NCBI GenBank assembly: GCA_963702475.1
Contig: CAVPCT010000005.1
Coordinates: forward strand, 832,001-896,000
From: an uncultured Thermoleophilia bacterium
GTDB taxonomy: Bacteria > Actinomycetota > Thermoleophilia > UBA2241
Reading direction: 5' to 3'
Length of the DNA: 64,000 nt
The notes under the pieces were generated by a model. That model saw nothing but the letters and a program-made list of their open reading frames with translations, was not told the DNA's origin and did not search any database. Shown here in pieces: positions 8,831-18,437 of this stretch. Within the stretch, counting starts at the first letter, position 1. Every line of letters begins with the position of its first letter. The translations under genes and the position numbers were made by a program.

Positions 8831-10084
8831 TCAGCCGGGGAGGCCGGCGGCGGCCTCGGTACCCTCCTCGCGGCGGATGCGTCGCAGCGCCAGCGCGCCG
8901 CCGAGCGCGGCGACGAGCGCCGCGACGGCGCCCATGCCGAGGGCGGCGCGGGCGCCGAGGTGCGCTGCCACGAGGCCGGTCAGCGGCGCCCCGATGGGCG
9001 TGGAGCCCAGGAAGACGATGGCCCACAACGCCATCACGCGGCCGCGCATCTGGCCCGACGAGTGCAGCTGCAGCAGTGAGTTGGCGAGGGCGATGAACGC
9101 CACGCCGGCGGCGCCCATGGGCACCAGGAAGACGAGGGTCAGCGGCAGGGTGGGAGCGAGGGCCACCACGAGGGCGAGCGCGCCGAAGACGAACGAGACG
9201 ATGATGAGCAGCCGGTAGCTCGGGCGGCGCCGCGAGGCGACCAGAAGCGCGCCGGCCAGGGCGCCGATGCCCATGGCCGTGGTGAGCGCGCCCAGCGTGC
9301 CGCCGCCGCGGTGGAACACGTCACTGGCGAAGAGCGGCAGAGTCACGGTGAAGTTGTACGAGAGCGTGCCCATGACGGCCATCATGAGCAGCGGTACGCG
9401 CAGCTCCCACACGCTCCACGCGTACCGCAGGCCGGCGCGCACCTGCCCGCTTCCCCGCCGCACGCGCGGCACGTGGTGCAGCTCGGCCGGGCGCATCGCG
9501 AGGAGCGCCACGAGCACCGCCAGGAACGACGCCGCGTTCAGCAGGAACGTCCACGAGAGCCCGAAGCGCCAGATCAGCACGCCGGCGACGGCCGGCCCGA
9601 CGATCCGGGAGGAGTTGACGATGACGCTGTTCAGACCCACTGCGTTGGTGAGGTCCTCCGGACCCACCATGTCGATGGCGAAGCTCTGCTTGGCGGGGTT
9701 GTCGAACACGTTGATCGACCCCATGGCCAGCGCCAGGACCCAGACCATCCAGAGCTGGACCACGCCGGTGGCCACGACCAGGAACAGCGCGAAGGCCTGG
9801 ACCATGAACAACGTCTGCGTAGCCATCAGCACGTGGCGCTTGTCCAGCCGGTCGGAGATCAGGCCGCCGTAGGCGCCGAAGACCAGGATGGGAAGGAACT
9901 GGAGTGCGGCCGTGAGGCCGAGGTACAGCGCGTTGTGGGTGAGCGAGTACACCAGCCAGCCCTGCGCGACCGTCTGCATCCAGGTGCCGCTCATGGACAC
10001 CGTCTGGCCGATGAACCAGGCGCGGTAGTTGCGCACACGCAGCGAGCGGAAGGTGCGGCGCGTCACCTGCGCGAGGCGCCGCAC
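8831..10084 (-). CDS. MFS transporter (DUF894/MFS_3-like)
   Basis: RNYRAWFIGQTVSMSGTWMQTVAQGWLV, GLISDRLDKR motif A, about 12 hydrophobic segments, MRGRVMALW. Confidence 0.92.
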   Translation of the reverse strand: MRRLAQVTRRTFRSLRVRNYRAWFIGQTVSMSGTWMQTVAQGWLVYSLTHNALYLGLTAALQFLPILVFGAYGGLISDRLDKRHVLMATQTLFMVQAFALFLVVATGVVQLWMVWVLALAMGSINVFDNPAKQSFAIDMVGPEDLTNAVGLNSVIVNSSRIVGPAVAGVLIWRFGLSWTFLLNAASFLAVLVALLAMRPAELHHVPRVRRGSGQVRAGLRYAWSVWELRVPLLMMAVMGTLSYNFTVTLPLFASDVFHRGGGTLGALTTAMGIGALAGALLVASRRRPSYRLLIIVSFVFGALALVVALAPTLPLTLVFLVPMGAAGVAFIALANSLLQLHSSGQMRGRVMALWAIVFLGSTPIGAPLTGLVAAHLGARAALGMGAVAALVAALGGALALRRIRREEGTEAAAGLPG

Positions 10085-10107
10085 GGGAAGGGTCTGGGCG
10101 ACGCTGC

Positions 10108-10620
10108 TCAGCGGTCCTCCTCCAGGAACCGCTCGAGGACCGGCAGGGCGTCGCGGACGGCCTCCAGGTCGGCGGCGCCGAGCCCCGTCAGGCGCTCGGC
10201 GAGGAACGCCGTCTTGCGCGTCCGGCTGCGCTGCAGCAGCTCGACGCCCGCCTCGGCGATGGTCACGCGGGCGACGCGCCTGTCGGCAGGGTCGGCCTCG
10301 CGGCGCACCAGGCCTTCGGCCTCCAGCGCCGCGACGATGCGCGTGATGCTCGGCGGGGTCACGCGCTCCAGCTCCGCGAGGCGGCCGAGTGTGAGAGGCC
10401 CGTGCCGCTGGACGCTGACGAGGGCCGCGGTCTGGCTGGGGGTGAGCTCGTCGCCCGCCTCGGCCCGCAGCCGCCGGTGCAGGCGCATGACGAGCAGGCG
10501 CAGGCGAGCCGCCAGCTCGCCCTCGGTGAGGTGCTCCGCCGCGGCGGCCGGTGAAGGGGCGCCGCCGTGCTCGTGCGCTCTGCCGCCCGCGGCCGCCCCA
10601 GGTGTCCCGTCGTTGTCCAC
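10108..10620 (-). CDS. MarR-family transcriptional regulator
   Basis: LTPSQ...LGRLAELERVTPPSITRIVAALEAEGLVRREADPADRR winged-helix motif. Confidence 0.92.
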   Translation of the reverse strand: MDNDGTPGAAAGGRAHEHGGAPSPAAAAEHLTEGELAARLRLLVMRLHRRLRAEAGDELTPSQTAALVSVQRHGPLTLGRLAELERVTPPSITRIVAALEAEGLVRREADPADRRVARVTIAEAGVELLQRSRTRKTAFLAERLTGLGAADLEAVRDALPVLERFLEEDR

Positions 10621-10628
10621 GTCTGATA

Positions 10629-10656
10629 GTTTACACTGCTAATTAGCGTTGTAAAC
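10629..10656. promoter_or_regulatory. Palindromic operator overlapping the marR promoter
   Basis: GTTTACACTGCTAATTAGCGTTGTAAAC, 12 of 14 positions paired; minus-strand -10 TAAACT lies 7 nt before the GTG start. Confidence 0.7.
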
Positions 10657-10737
10657 CTTCACCGTGCCCCGGTCCGCACTCCGCGCTCGAACGGCGGCTC
10701 CACCGGCGGCGCGGCCCGCGTGCGCCGGTGGCGCCCT

Positions 10738-11235
10738 TCAGGGCCCGGCCGCCAGCACCTCGGCGAACGCACGCGCGGCGGCGCGGGCGTCGTCCAGCGC
10801 GCCGTCGGCCAGAGGTCCCTTCATCCCCGTCACCAGACAGCGCAGCTCGATCGGCGCCACCCGCAGGCCTTTGTCGTCGAGGCGCTCCCGCAGCTCGGCG
10901 ACGCCGCCGGGATACAGCCACACGTTGCCCTCGTTCTTGGAGGGGTCGGGGTCGAGCGGGCCGTACGTGTCGTACACGAGCGCCGGACGAGCCACCCACA
11001 CCCCCGGGTCCAGCCTCTTGGCGAAGCCCATGGCCCTGCGGCTGATGTGCTTCATGCGCGTGGGGCCGCCGAGCACGAGGAACTCGGCAGCGTCCAGGTC
11101 GTCCTTGCCGGGCTTCTCACGATGCAGCGCAACCAGTACGACCTCGTGTCCGACGGCACGGAGCTCGTCCGCTATCGCGCCGGCCACCAGCGCCCCGTTA
11201 CCGTGGTAGCTGTCGAACGCCACGAGTCCCTTCAT
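10738..11235 (-). CDS. Flavodoxin-like protein
   Basis: MKGLVAFDSYHGNGALVAGAI (FMN P-loop-like), LVLGGPT, YDT, VTGMKGPL. Confidence 0.82.
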   Translation of the reverse strand: MKGLVAFDSYHGNGALVAGAIADELRAVGHEVVLVALHREKPGKDDLDAAEFLVLGGPTRMKHISRRAMGFAKRLDPGVWVARPALVYDTYGPLDPDPSKNEGNVWLYPGGVAELRERLDDKGLRVAPIELRCLVTGMKGPLADGALDDARAAARAFAEVLAAGP

Positions 11236-11530
11236 GCGTGCCCCCGCTTCTGTCGCCACCGTCGAGTCCAGCTTACCGGCCGAGAGGGGATCCGGGGAGG
11301 ACGAACGCGGGACCGCGCGGGCCGGCGCGGCGTCGCGGCGCCTCCGGCCGGTGCGGCGTGACGGACGCGGGCCGAAGCGGGCGCGGACCGGAGTAGCGAG
11401 ACGGGCGGGTGCAGGCCGAAGCGGCATCTCGCGGCGGCGCGCAACGCCTCGCCCAGAGCCCCGGGCGCCCGTTCTGCGCGGGCACCCGGGAGGTCGCCTG
11501 CCCCAGCGACGGCACCGGCTCCAGGAGAGG

Positions 11531-11577
11531 TTGCGGGACTGAGGGTCACCGGGCATACTGCAAACGGACTTTGCAGT
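11531..11577 (+). promoter_or_regulatory. Sigma70-like promoter with palindromic operator for the MMPL-TetR operon
   Basis: TTGCGG(11531)-N17-CATACT(11554), overlapped by the inverted repeat ACTGCAAA-CGGAC-TTTGCAGT (11557-11577). Confidence 0.65.
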
Positions 11578-11628
11578 TGCGAGAGGAGTTAACGCATTGC
11601 CCGGGACGACCTTGCTCAGGGCGGGTTG

Positions 11629-14600
11629 ATGGCGCGCCGCGGGTTCACCGAGCGCCTCGCGCGCGCTTGCGCGCGGCACCCGTGGGCGACGATCGCCGTG
11701 TGGGTCGTGCTGATCGCCGGCTGCGGTACCGCGTACTTGCTGTGGGGGGACGTGTTCACGTCGTCGACCAAGTTCCTCAACGAGCCCGACTCCAAGACGG
11801 CCGCCGACCTCATCGCCGAGCACGGCGGCGGCAGCGTGGCGGCGCAGACCGGCGCGGCCGTGCAGAGCCTCGCCGAGGGTCTGGACTCGGCGGAGTCCGG
11901 GGCCGGCGAGCTGGAGAAGGGCTCGGAGAAGCTGGCCGGCGGCACGAAGTCACTGCAGCGCGGCCTGGGCCGGCTCGCCGGCGGAGCCGGCGAGCTCAGC
12001 GCCGGGACGCGCGAGGCCGCGGGCGGAGCCGGACAGCTGAGCCAGGGACTGTCGAACGCCTCGACCGGAGCCTCCAGCCTGAGCTCCGGCCTCAGCCAGG
12101 TCGGCGGCGCCACCGACGCCTTCAGCGCCGGCCTGCTGCGCCTCTCGGACGGCGGCGCGGAGCTGGTGACCGCCGCCGACCGCCTGGCCGCGGGCGCCGA
12201 GGACCTGGCCGCCGGGGCGAAGCAGACGGCGGCCGGCGTCGGGCAGGCCTCCTCCTCCGCCGGGCAGCTGAGCAGCGGCGCACAGTCTATGAAGGCGCTG
12301 GTCGACACGTATCTCCAGCAGCACCCCGAAGCGGCCGACGATCCGACCTACCGGCAGATCGTGGGCCTGGCCGCCCAGCTCGCCTCGGGCAGCGGCCAGC
12401 TGGCCGACGGGCTGGCCTCCGCCGAGCAGGGCTCGACGGCCGTGGCCACCGGTGCCGGTGACGTGGCGTCGGGCGCCGGCAAGCTCGCCTCCGGCGCCCG
12501 CAGCCTCAGCTCCGGCCTCAAGAAGAGCGCCGGCGGCGCCGGGCAGCTCGGCCGGAGCATCGACCAGCTCTCGTCGGGTGGCGCCGAGCTGGCCGGAGGC
12601 CTCAGCGCCGCCGCGCAGAGCTCCCGGGCCCTGGCCGCCGGCCAGCAGCAGCTCGCCACCGGCACGTCCGAGGTCGCCAGGGCGGCGCGCAAGGCCGCCG
12701 GCGGCGCCCGCGAGGTCGCCCAGGGCACGGCCGATCTCTCCAAGGGCGCGAGCAGCCTCCGCGCGGGCCTGATGTCCGCGTCGGGCGGCGCGACCGAGCT
12801 GAGCGGCGCGCTCGCCTCCGTCGGCTCGCTCACCGACCACGACACCGAGATCGTCGTCGTACACAGCGACGCGCTCACCGTGGACGACCCCGCCTTCAAG
12901 GCCGAGGTCCTCAGGCTCCGCGACGAGCTCGCCGCCCTGCCCGAGACCGACGTCGTACAGGTGGTCAGCCGCTACGACGACGGCCTCGACGATGCGGTGC
13001 GCGACGGCCTGACTTCGGAGGACTCCCACACCACTCTCATCACCGTCGAGATGAACGCCAGGCCGGACGAGGCGGCCAATCACATCGCCGGCGTTCAGGA
13101 GATCGTCGCCGCCGCAGACGGGCGGAACGGCTTCGACGTGGCGGTCACCGGCTCCGCCAGCTTCTTCAGCGACACCCAGGACCTCGCACGCAGCGACCTG
13201 GAGCGCGGCGAGGCGATCGGCATCCCCGTGGCGCTGATCATCCTCGTCCTGGTGTTCGGGACCCTGGTCGCCGCCGGCGTACCTCTCGTGCTGAGCCTCG
13301 TCTCCATCGTCCTGGGCCTGGCGCTCACGGTCGCGTTCGGCCACCTGTTCGACGTCTCGATCTTCGCCCTCAACGTACTGACGGCCATGGGCCTGGCGGT
13401 GGGCATCGACTATTCCCTCTTCATCGTCTCGCGGTACCGCGAGGAGCGGGTCGGCGGGCTCGAGAGACTCGAGGCCATCGGCGCCGCCGCCGCGACCGCT
13501 TCCAACGCCGTGTTCTTCAGCGGCATGACGGTCGTCCTCGCGATGGTCGGCATGCTCATCGTCCCGATGTCGATCTTCGTGAGCCTGGGCATCGGCGCCA
13601 TGGCGGCGGTGTTCGCGGCCGTCCTCGCCGCGCTCACGCTGCTGCCAGCGGCGCTCAGCCTGCTCGGCGACCGCATCAACGCCCTCAAGGTGCCGTACCT
13701 GTACCACGCCGTGCACCGCCCCGGCCGCGAAGGCTGGTGGGGCAGGGCGGCCCGCACCATGATGAGGCGTCCCGCCATCGGTCTCGCCGCCGGCGCGGCG
13801 CTGCTGCTGCTGCTCGCCGCCCCGACGCTGCTCATGAAGACCGGCGGCTTCAGCGCGGCCTCCTTCCCCGACAAGTACTCGTCGAAGCAGGGTCTGACGA
13901 TGCTCGGGCGGGACTTCCCCGCGGGGCTCAGCCAGCCGGTCTCGGTGGTCGTGGACGGCGACCTCGGAGACAGTGAGGTGCAGGACGGCCTGCGACGGTT
14001 CATGACCGTCGTCGACGAGGACGGACGGTTCAGCCCGGTCGGCGTGCAGACGAGCGCCGACGGATCGCTGGCCGTGGTCCGCCTCGTCCAGGACGCCGAG
14101 GCCATGACCGACAAGGCGCGCGCCAACGTGCTGGCCTTGCGCGAGGACCTCGTGCCGGAGGCCTTCGCCGACACGCCGGCGAGCGCCTACGTGGGCGGCC
14201 AGACCGCCGGCGACCTCGACTCCACGCACCTCACCGACTCGTACATGTGGGTGGTCATCGCCGTCGTCCTCGCCCTCAGCTTCATCCTGCTCCTCGTCGC
14301 CTTCCGCTCGGTGGTCGTCTCCCTCTCGGCCATCGTCATGAACCTGCTCTCGGTGGGCGCCTCGTACGGCCTCATCACGCTGATCTTCCAGGAAGACTGG
14401 GGTGCGAGCCTGCTCGGCCTGACGCCGGTGTCCACCATCGAGTCGTGGGTGCCGCTGCTCATGTTCTGTGTGCTGTTCGGGCTCAGCATGGACTACCAGG
14501 TATTCCTGCTCAGCCGCATCCGCGAGAGCTGGGGCGAGACGCACGACAGCCGCGACGCCGTGGTGTTCGGCGTGCAGTCCACGGCCGGCATCATCACCGG

Positions 14601-14931
14601 GGCGGCCCTGATCATGGTGGCGGTGTTCGCCGGCATGGCGAGCGGGCGCTTCACCGTGCTGCAGCAACTCGGCCTGGGCCTGGCCGTCGCCGTGCTCCTG
14701 GACGCCTTCGTCGTGCGCACCGTCATCGCCCCGGCCATGATCGCCCTCATCGGCGAGCGCTTCTGGTGGATGCCGCGCTGGCTCGAGTGGCTGCCGCGCA
14801 TCGGCGTGGAGGGGCCGCCGCGGCTGGGCGAGGCTGAGCAGCCGGCGGCCGGACCGGAGGACCACAGAGCCGGGCGCGACGGGGCCGGCGGCCGGCTCGC
14901 CCCCGGGATCACGCCCGGCCGGGTCGAATGA
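11629..14931 (+). CDS. MMPL/RND-family transporter with long x-x-x-L-x-x-G heptad-repeat insertion
   Basis: GLAVGIDYSLFIVSRYREE and FGLSMDYQVFLLSRIRE MMPL motifs; about 330 aa of Ala/Gly/Ser-rich LxxGxxxL repeats after TM1. Confidence 0.93.
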   Translation: MARRGFTERLARACARHPWATIAVWVVLIAGCGTAYLLWGDVFTSSTKFLNEPDSKTAADLIAEHGGGSVAAQTGAAVQSLAEGLDSAESGAGELEKGSEKLAGGTKSLQRGLGRLAGGAGELSAGTREAAGGAGQLSQGLSNASTGASSLSSGLSQVGGATDAFSAGLLRLSDGGAELVTAADRLAAGAEDLAAGAKQTAAGVGQASSSAGQLSSGAQSMKALVDTYLQQHPEAADDPTYRQIVGLAAQLASGSGQLADGLASAEQGSTAVATGAGDVASGAGKLASGARSLSSGLKKSAGGAGQLGRSIDQLSSGGAELAGGLSAAAQSSRALAAGQQQLATGTSEVARAARKAAGGAREVAQGTADLSKGASSLRAGLMSASGGATELSGALASVGSLTDHDTEIVVVHSDALTVDDPAFKAEVLRLRDELAALPETDVVQVVSRYDDGLDDAVRDGLTSEDSHTTLITVEMNARPDEAANHIAGVQEIVAAADGRNGFDVAVTGSASFFSDTQDLARSDLERGEAIGIPVALIILVLVFGTLVAAGVPLVLSLVSIVLGLALTVAFGHLFDVSIFALNVLTAMGLAVGIDYSLFIVSRYREERVGGLERLEAIGAAAATASNAVFFSGMTVVLAMVGMLIVPMSIFVSLGIGAMAAVFAAVLAALTLLPAALSLLGDRINALKVPYLYHAVHRPGREGWWGRAARTMMRRPAIGLAAGAALLLLLAAPTLLMKTGGFSAASFPDKYSSKQGLTMLGRDFPAGLSQPVSVVVDGDLGDSEVQDGLRRFMTVVDEDGRFSPVGVQTSADGSLAVVRLVQDAEAMTDKARANVLALREDLVPEAFADTPASAYVGGQTAGDLDSTHLTDSYMWVVIAVVLALSFILLLVAFRSVVVSLSAIVMNLLSVGASYGLITLIFQEDWGASLLGLTPVSTIESWVPLLMFCVLFGLSMDYQVFLLSRIRESWGETHDSRDAVVFGVQSTAGIITGAALIMVAVFAGMASGRFTVLQQLGLGLAVAVLLDAFVVRTVIAPAMIALIGERFWWMPRWLEWLPRIGVEGPPRLGEAEQPAAGPEDHRAGRDGAGGRLAPGITPGRVE

Positions 14932-15701
14932 CGACGCCCACCACAGGACCGGGCGGGCGCGCCTCCAGCCGGCGCGCCGCGCGCCACACGCAGACACGCA
15001 ACGAGATCCTCGACGCGGCCGCCGAACTGGTCACCGAACAGGGCGCGGAGGCGCTCAACCTGAGCGAGCTGGCCACCCGGGCGGGTTTCAGCAACGCAGC
15101 GTCCCTGTACCGCTACTTCTCGAGCAAGAAGGAGCTGATGGGCGCGCTCATGCGCCGGGGGCTCGAGCGCCTCGAGGAGCACCTGCAGGACGTGCCCGCC
15201 GACCTGCCTCCGGAGGAGCAGGTGGTGGAATTCTGCCTCGCCTACGTCGACTACGCCCGCACCCATCCGGGGGAGCGGGCGCTGCTGCTCACCACCACCT
15301 CGATCATCGCCCCGGAGGATCGCGCCGCCTCGCTCCCCGAGGCGTTCGTGAGGCGGGTGTTCGGCCTCATCGCCGCCGTCATGGCGAGCGGTGAGGACGC
15401 GGCCGGGCAGGTCGCCGGCATGCAGGCCCTGAGCGCCGGTATCGGCGACCTCGGCCGCACGCTGCAGGAGGCGGGACGGCGGGGCGCCGGGCCGCAGGCC
15501 GCTGGCGCCCCCGACGTGGGCGACGTGTTCGCCATGCTGCACGCCGTGTGGGCCCTGGCGCAGGGCATGGCGGAGTACGACCGTCTGTACACCGGCCCGG
15601 AGCGCGAGGTGCTGCGCAGCCGGCACCGCGAGGTCTTCCGGGCCTACGTCGAAGGCTCGAAACTCGTGTGGGCGGGCCGGCGGGGCGAGCGGACCACGTA
15701 G
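14928..15701 (+). CDS. TetR/AcrR-family transcriptional regulator
   Basis: ILDAAAELVTEQGAEALNLSELATRAGFSNAASLYRYFSSKKEL HTH; ATGA overlap with the MMPL gene. Confidence 0.9.
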   Translation: MTTPTTGPGGRASSRRAARHTQTRNEILDAAAELVTEQGAEALNLSELATRAGFSNAASLYRYFSSKKELMGALMRRGLERLEEHLQDVPADLPPEEQVVEFCLAYVDYARTHPGERALLLTTTSIIAPEDRAASLPEAFVRRVFGLIAAVMASGEDAAGQVAGMQALSAGIGDLGRTLQEAGRRGAGPQAAGAPDVGDVFAMLHAVWALAQGMAEYDRLYTGPEREVLRSRHREVFRAYVEGSKLVWAGRRGERTT

Positions 15702-15723
15702 CGGTCCCGTCCGCCCCCCCGCC

Positions 15724-16239
15724 TCAGCCGCCGGGCCGCTGCTCCCCGGCCAGCCTGTGCGCGGCCCGCTGCCCGGCCGCGCGGCCGAGCTCCCCGTCCT
15801 CCCCATAGCGCAGCGCCCGGGTCGGGCAGGCGCGCACGCAGGCCGGCTCCAGGCCGGCCTCCACGCGCGCCGCGCACAGATCGCACTTGTGCATGCGCCC
15901 GTCGGCGCCGTACCGCGGCACCCCGAAGGGGCAGGCCAGCGAGCACATGCGGCAGCCGATGCACAGGGAGCCCTCCACGACCACCGCGTCCGGATCGTAG
16001 GCCCGCCGCAGGGCTCCGCTGGGACACACGGCGACGCACGGCGCCCCCGCGCAGTGCTGACAGGCGAGGGACACGTAGCTCAGCCGCGCCTCGGGGTACG
16101 CGCCGTCCTCCACCACGAACACCTGGCGCCAGGCGTCGCTCGCAGCGCGCCCGTCGAGGTCGTTCTGGTCGTAGCACGCCACCACGCAGGCGTAGCAGCC
16201 CGAGCAGCGCTCCACGTCGAGTGAGAACCCTCTGCTCAC
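15724..16239 (-). CDS. 4Fe-4S dicluster electron-transfer subunit (DmsB/NrfC-like)
   Basis: GTG start overlapping the upstream stop (GTGA); CSGCYACVVAC, CQHCAGAPCVAVCP, CIGCRMCSLACP, KCDLC...PACVRACP. Confidence 0.93.
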   Translation of the reverse strand: MSRGFSLDVERCSGCYACVVACYDQNDLDGRAASDAWRQVFVVEDGAYPEARLSYVSLACQHCAGAPCVAVCPSGALRRAYDPDAVVVEGSLCIGCRMCSLACPFGVPRYGADGRMHKCDLCAARVEAGLEPACVRACPTRALRYGEDGELGRAAGQRAAHRLAGEQRPGG

Positions 16240-18437
16240 GGCCGCCTCCCCTCGCCGGACACCCTGGTCAGGCGACAGCGGGCGCCCTTGTACGCCGGAA
16301 AGCCGGAGACGGGATCGAGGTGGTCCGCGTCCAGCAGCGTGTTCGCGTCGGCCTCCGGACAGTCGTGAACCAGGTGGACCACACCGGGCTGCGCGAGCTC
16401 GGTGATGTTGACGCGCACGCGCACCGCCCCCCTCGGTGTCGCCAGCTCGGCCCAGTCGCCCTGCGCCAGGCCCAGCCGCCGACCGTCGGCAGGGTTGAGG
16501 TCGGCGGCGGGGTCGGGGCGAAGCCCGCGCGTCCACGGCAGGCGATAGGTGCGTGAGTGCGCGAACATGGGCAGCCGCGACCCGGTGTTGAGCACGAGCG
16601 GGTACTCCTCGGCCAGCTCGGCGGCGAGCTCGTGCTGCGGCGGGACATAGACCGGCAGCGCGCCGACGCCGGTGACGGCGGCGTGCCGCGCGAGCACCGT
16701 CGAGCTGAGCTCCATCTTGCCGGTGGACGTGGGAAAGCCGCCGGCCTCGTAGGACCGTTCGCCGGGGACGATGGGATCGGGCACCGGCATGCCGCCGGGA
16801 TGCGCCGTGAGCTCGTCCATCGTGAGACCGCTCGGCTCGAGCAGCCAGTCCATCACGTGGTCGAAGGCGGCGGCGCGGGCGGCGGCCGAAGGCGGCTCGC
16901 CGTCCGCCCACGGGTCCAGCAGACCGTCGTCGAGCCTGAGACGGTGCGCGAGGTCGAAGACGATATCGGTGTCCGACCTGGCCTCGCCGAGCGGCTCGAT
17001 GGCCGGCCGGGTGGCCACGACGTACTTCTGCGGGTAGGCGCGCACCTCGCTGCGCTCAAGGGAACTGGCGGCCGGGAGCACGATGTCGGCGTACTTCGCC
17101 GAATCGGTGAGGAACAGGTCGACGTCGCAGATGAAGTCCAGCCGCCCGAGGGCCTCGGCGAAACCCGTTGAGTCGGGGAACATGCGGTGGTTCAGGCCGA
17201 AGGCGACCAAGCCGCGCAGCGGATACGGGTCGCCCGAGCGCAGCTGCCGCGGCAGGTCCATGCTCTGACCCTGGTCCAGGAGGTCGGCCCACACCGGGAA
17301 GCGGGCGGCGCCCACCCGCGGCGGCAGGTCGTCCCAGGGGCGCGGCAGCTCGAACTCCCTCTGCCGCGTGGTGAAGCCGCCTCCGGCGACCTCGAGCCAC
17401 GTGTACGGCTGCGGGCGGTTGCCTCCGGCCACGTCCCAGTTGCCGGTGAGGCCGATGAGCGCGTAGACGGCGCGCGCGTTCTGCACCCCGTTGGTGTGGT
17501 GCACGACGGACGCGCCGCTGGACTGCAGCGCCGCGGGCCTGGTGGTCGCGTAGAGGCGGGCGGCGGCGCGCACCTGCTCGGCCGGGACGCCGGTGATGCC
17601 CTCGACCGTGCCCGGGTCGAACCCGGCCACGTACTCGCGGTACTCGGCGAAGCCGTGGGCCCAGGCCTCGAGGAAGGCTGCGTCCTCGAGGCCCTCCTGC
17701 AGGATGACGTGCGCGAACCCCAGCGCGAGCGCGCCGTCGGTGCCCGGACGCGGCCGGAGGTGCAGCGTGGCCCGCTCGGCCAGCGGCGTGCGTCTCGGGT
17801 CGACGACGATGAGCCGCAGGCCCCGGTCGAGCGCATCGAGGAGCGGCTCCAGCATCGGCGTGCCGGCGTAGAAGGGATTGGTGCCCCATGAGAGCAGGCA
17901 GCGGGCGTTGCGCACGTCGGGCCCGCCCATCTGCCCGTACAGCAGCTGGAACGCCATGGCCGAGGCCTTGTGGCAGGCGCTGGACTCGGTGCAGAAGTTG
18001 GGCGAGCCGTACAGCAGCGCCAGCCGCTGGACGAACGGGCGCTGCTGCTTCGGGTAGCCGACGTAGAAGACGACCGACTCCGGGCCGGTCTCGGCCTTGA
18101 GGCGCTCGAGGTGGGAGACCACCTCGTCGAGCGCCTCGTCCCACGAGACCGGCTCGAACTGCCCGGACCCGCGCGGGCCGGTGCGCCGCAGGGGCGTCAG
18201 CAGCCTGTCGCGGTGGTACACGTACTGCCGCGTGGCGGCGCCCTTGGCGCACAGTGTGCCGCGGCTGTGCGGGTTCTCGCGCGAGCCCTCCACCTTGATC
18301 ACGCGGCCGTCGCGCACGTACAGGTCGAGGCCGCACTGGGTCATGGGATCGCAGATGGCGCAGACGGACTTGCGCACCTCGATGCCGGTGTCGTCTCCGG
18401 GGAGCTTGCCCCTGATCCTGCGCGTGAGCCTGTCCAT
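16236..18437 (-). CDS. Mo/W-bisPGD oxidoreductase catalytic subunit (DMSO reductase superfamily), cytoplasmic
   Basis: CAICDPMTQC...LCAKG 4Fe-4S motif, RLLTPLRR, SWDEALD, DPRRT, PGTDGAL, ADIVLPA, LNTGSR C-terminal domain; no Tat signal. Confidence 0.93.
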   Translation of the reverse strand: MDRLTRRIRGKLPGDDTGIEVRKSVCAICDPMTQCGLDLYVRDGRVIKVEGSRENPHSRGTLCAKGAATRQYVYHRDRLLTPLRRTGPRGSGQFEPVSWDEALDEVVSHLERLKAETGPESVVFYVGYPKQQRPFVQRLALLYGSPNFCTESSACHKASAMAFQLLYGQMGGPDVRNARCLLSWGTNPFYAGTPMLEPLLDALDRGLRLIVVDPRRTPLAERATLHLRPRPGTDGALALGFAHVILQEGLEDAAFLEAWAHGFAEYREYVAGFDPGTVEGITGVPAEQVRAAARLYATTRPAALQSSGASVVHHTNGVQNARAVYALIGLTGNWDVAGGNRPQPYTWLEVAGGGFTTRQREFELPRPWDDLPPRVGAARFPVWADLLDQGQSMDLPRQLRSGDPYPLRGLVAFGLNHRMFPDSTGFAEALGRLDFICDVDLFLTDSAKYADIVLPAASSLERSEVRAYPQKYVVATRPAIEPLGEARSDTDIVFDLAHRLRLDDGLLDPWADGEPPSAAARAAAFDHVMDWLLEPSGLTMDELTAHPGGMPVPDPIVPGERSYEAGGFPTSTGKMELSSTVLARHAAVTGVGALPVYVPPQHELAAELAEEYPLVLNTGSRLPMFAHSRTYRLPWTRGLRPDPAADLNPADGRRLGLAQGDWAELATPRGAVRVRVNITELAQPGVVHLVHDCPEADANTLLDADHLDPVSGFPAYKGARCRLTRVSGEGRRP

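Noticed and set aside
11950-14997. Very long antisense or alternate-frame ORFs (e.g. 1015 aa here, 987 aa at 57568-60531, 628 aa at 2011-3897)
   Set aside because: Shadow ORFs typical of high-GC DNA lying opposite well-supported genes; no motifs of their own.
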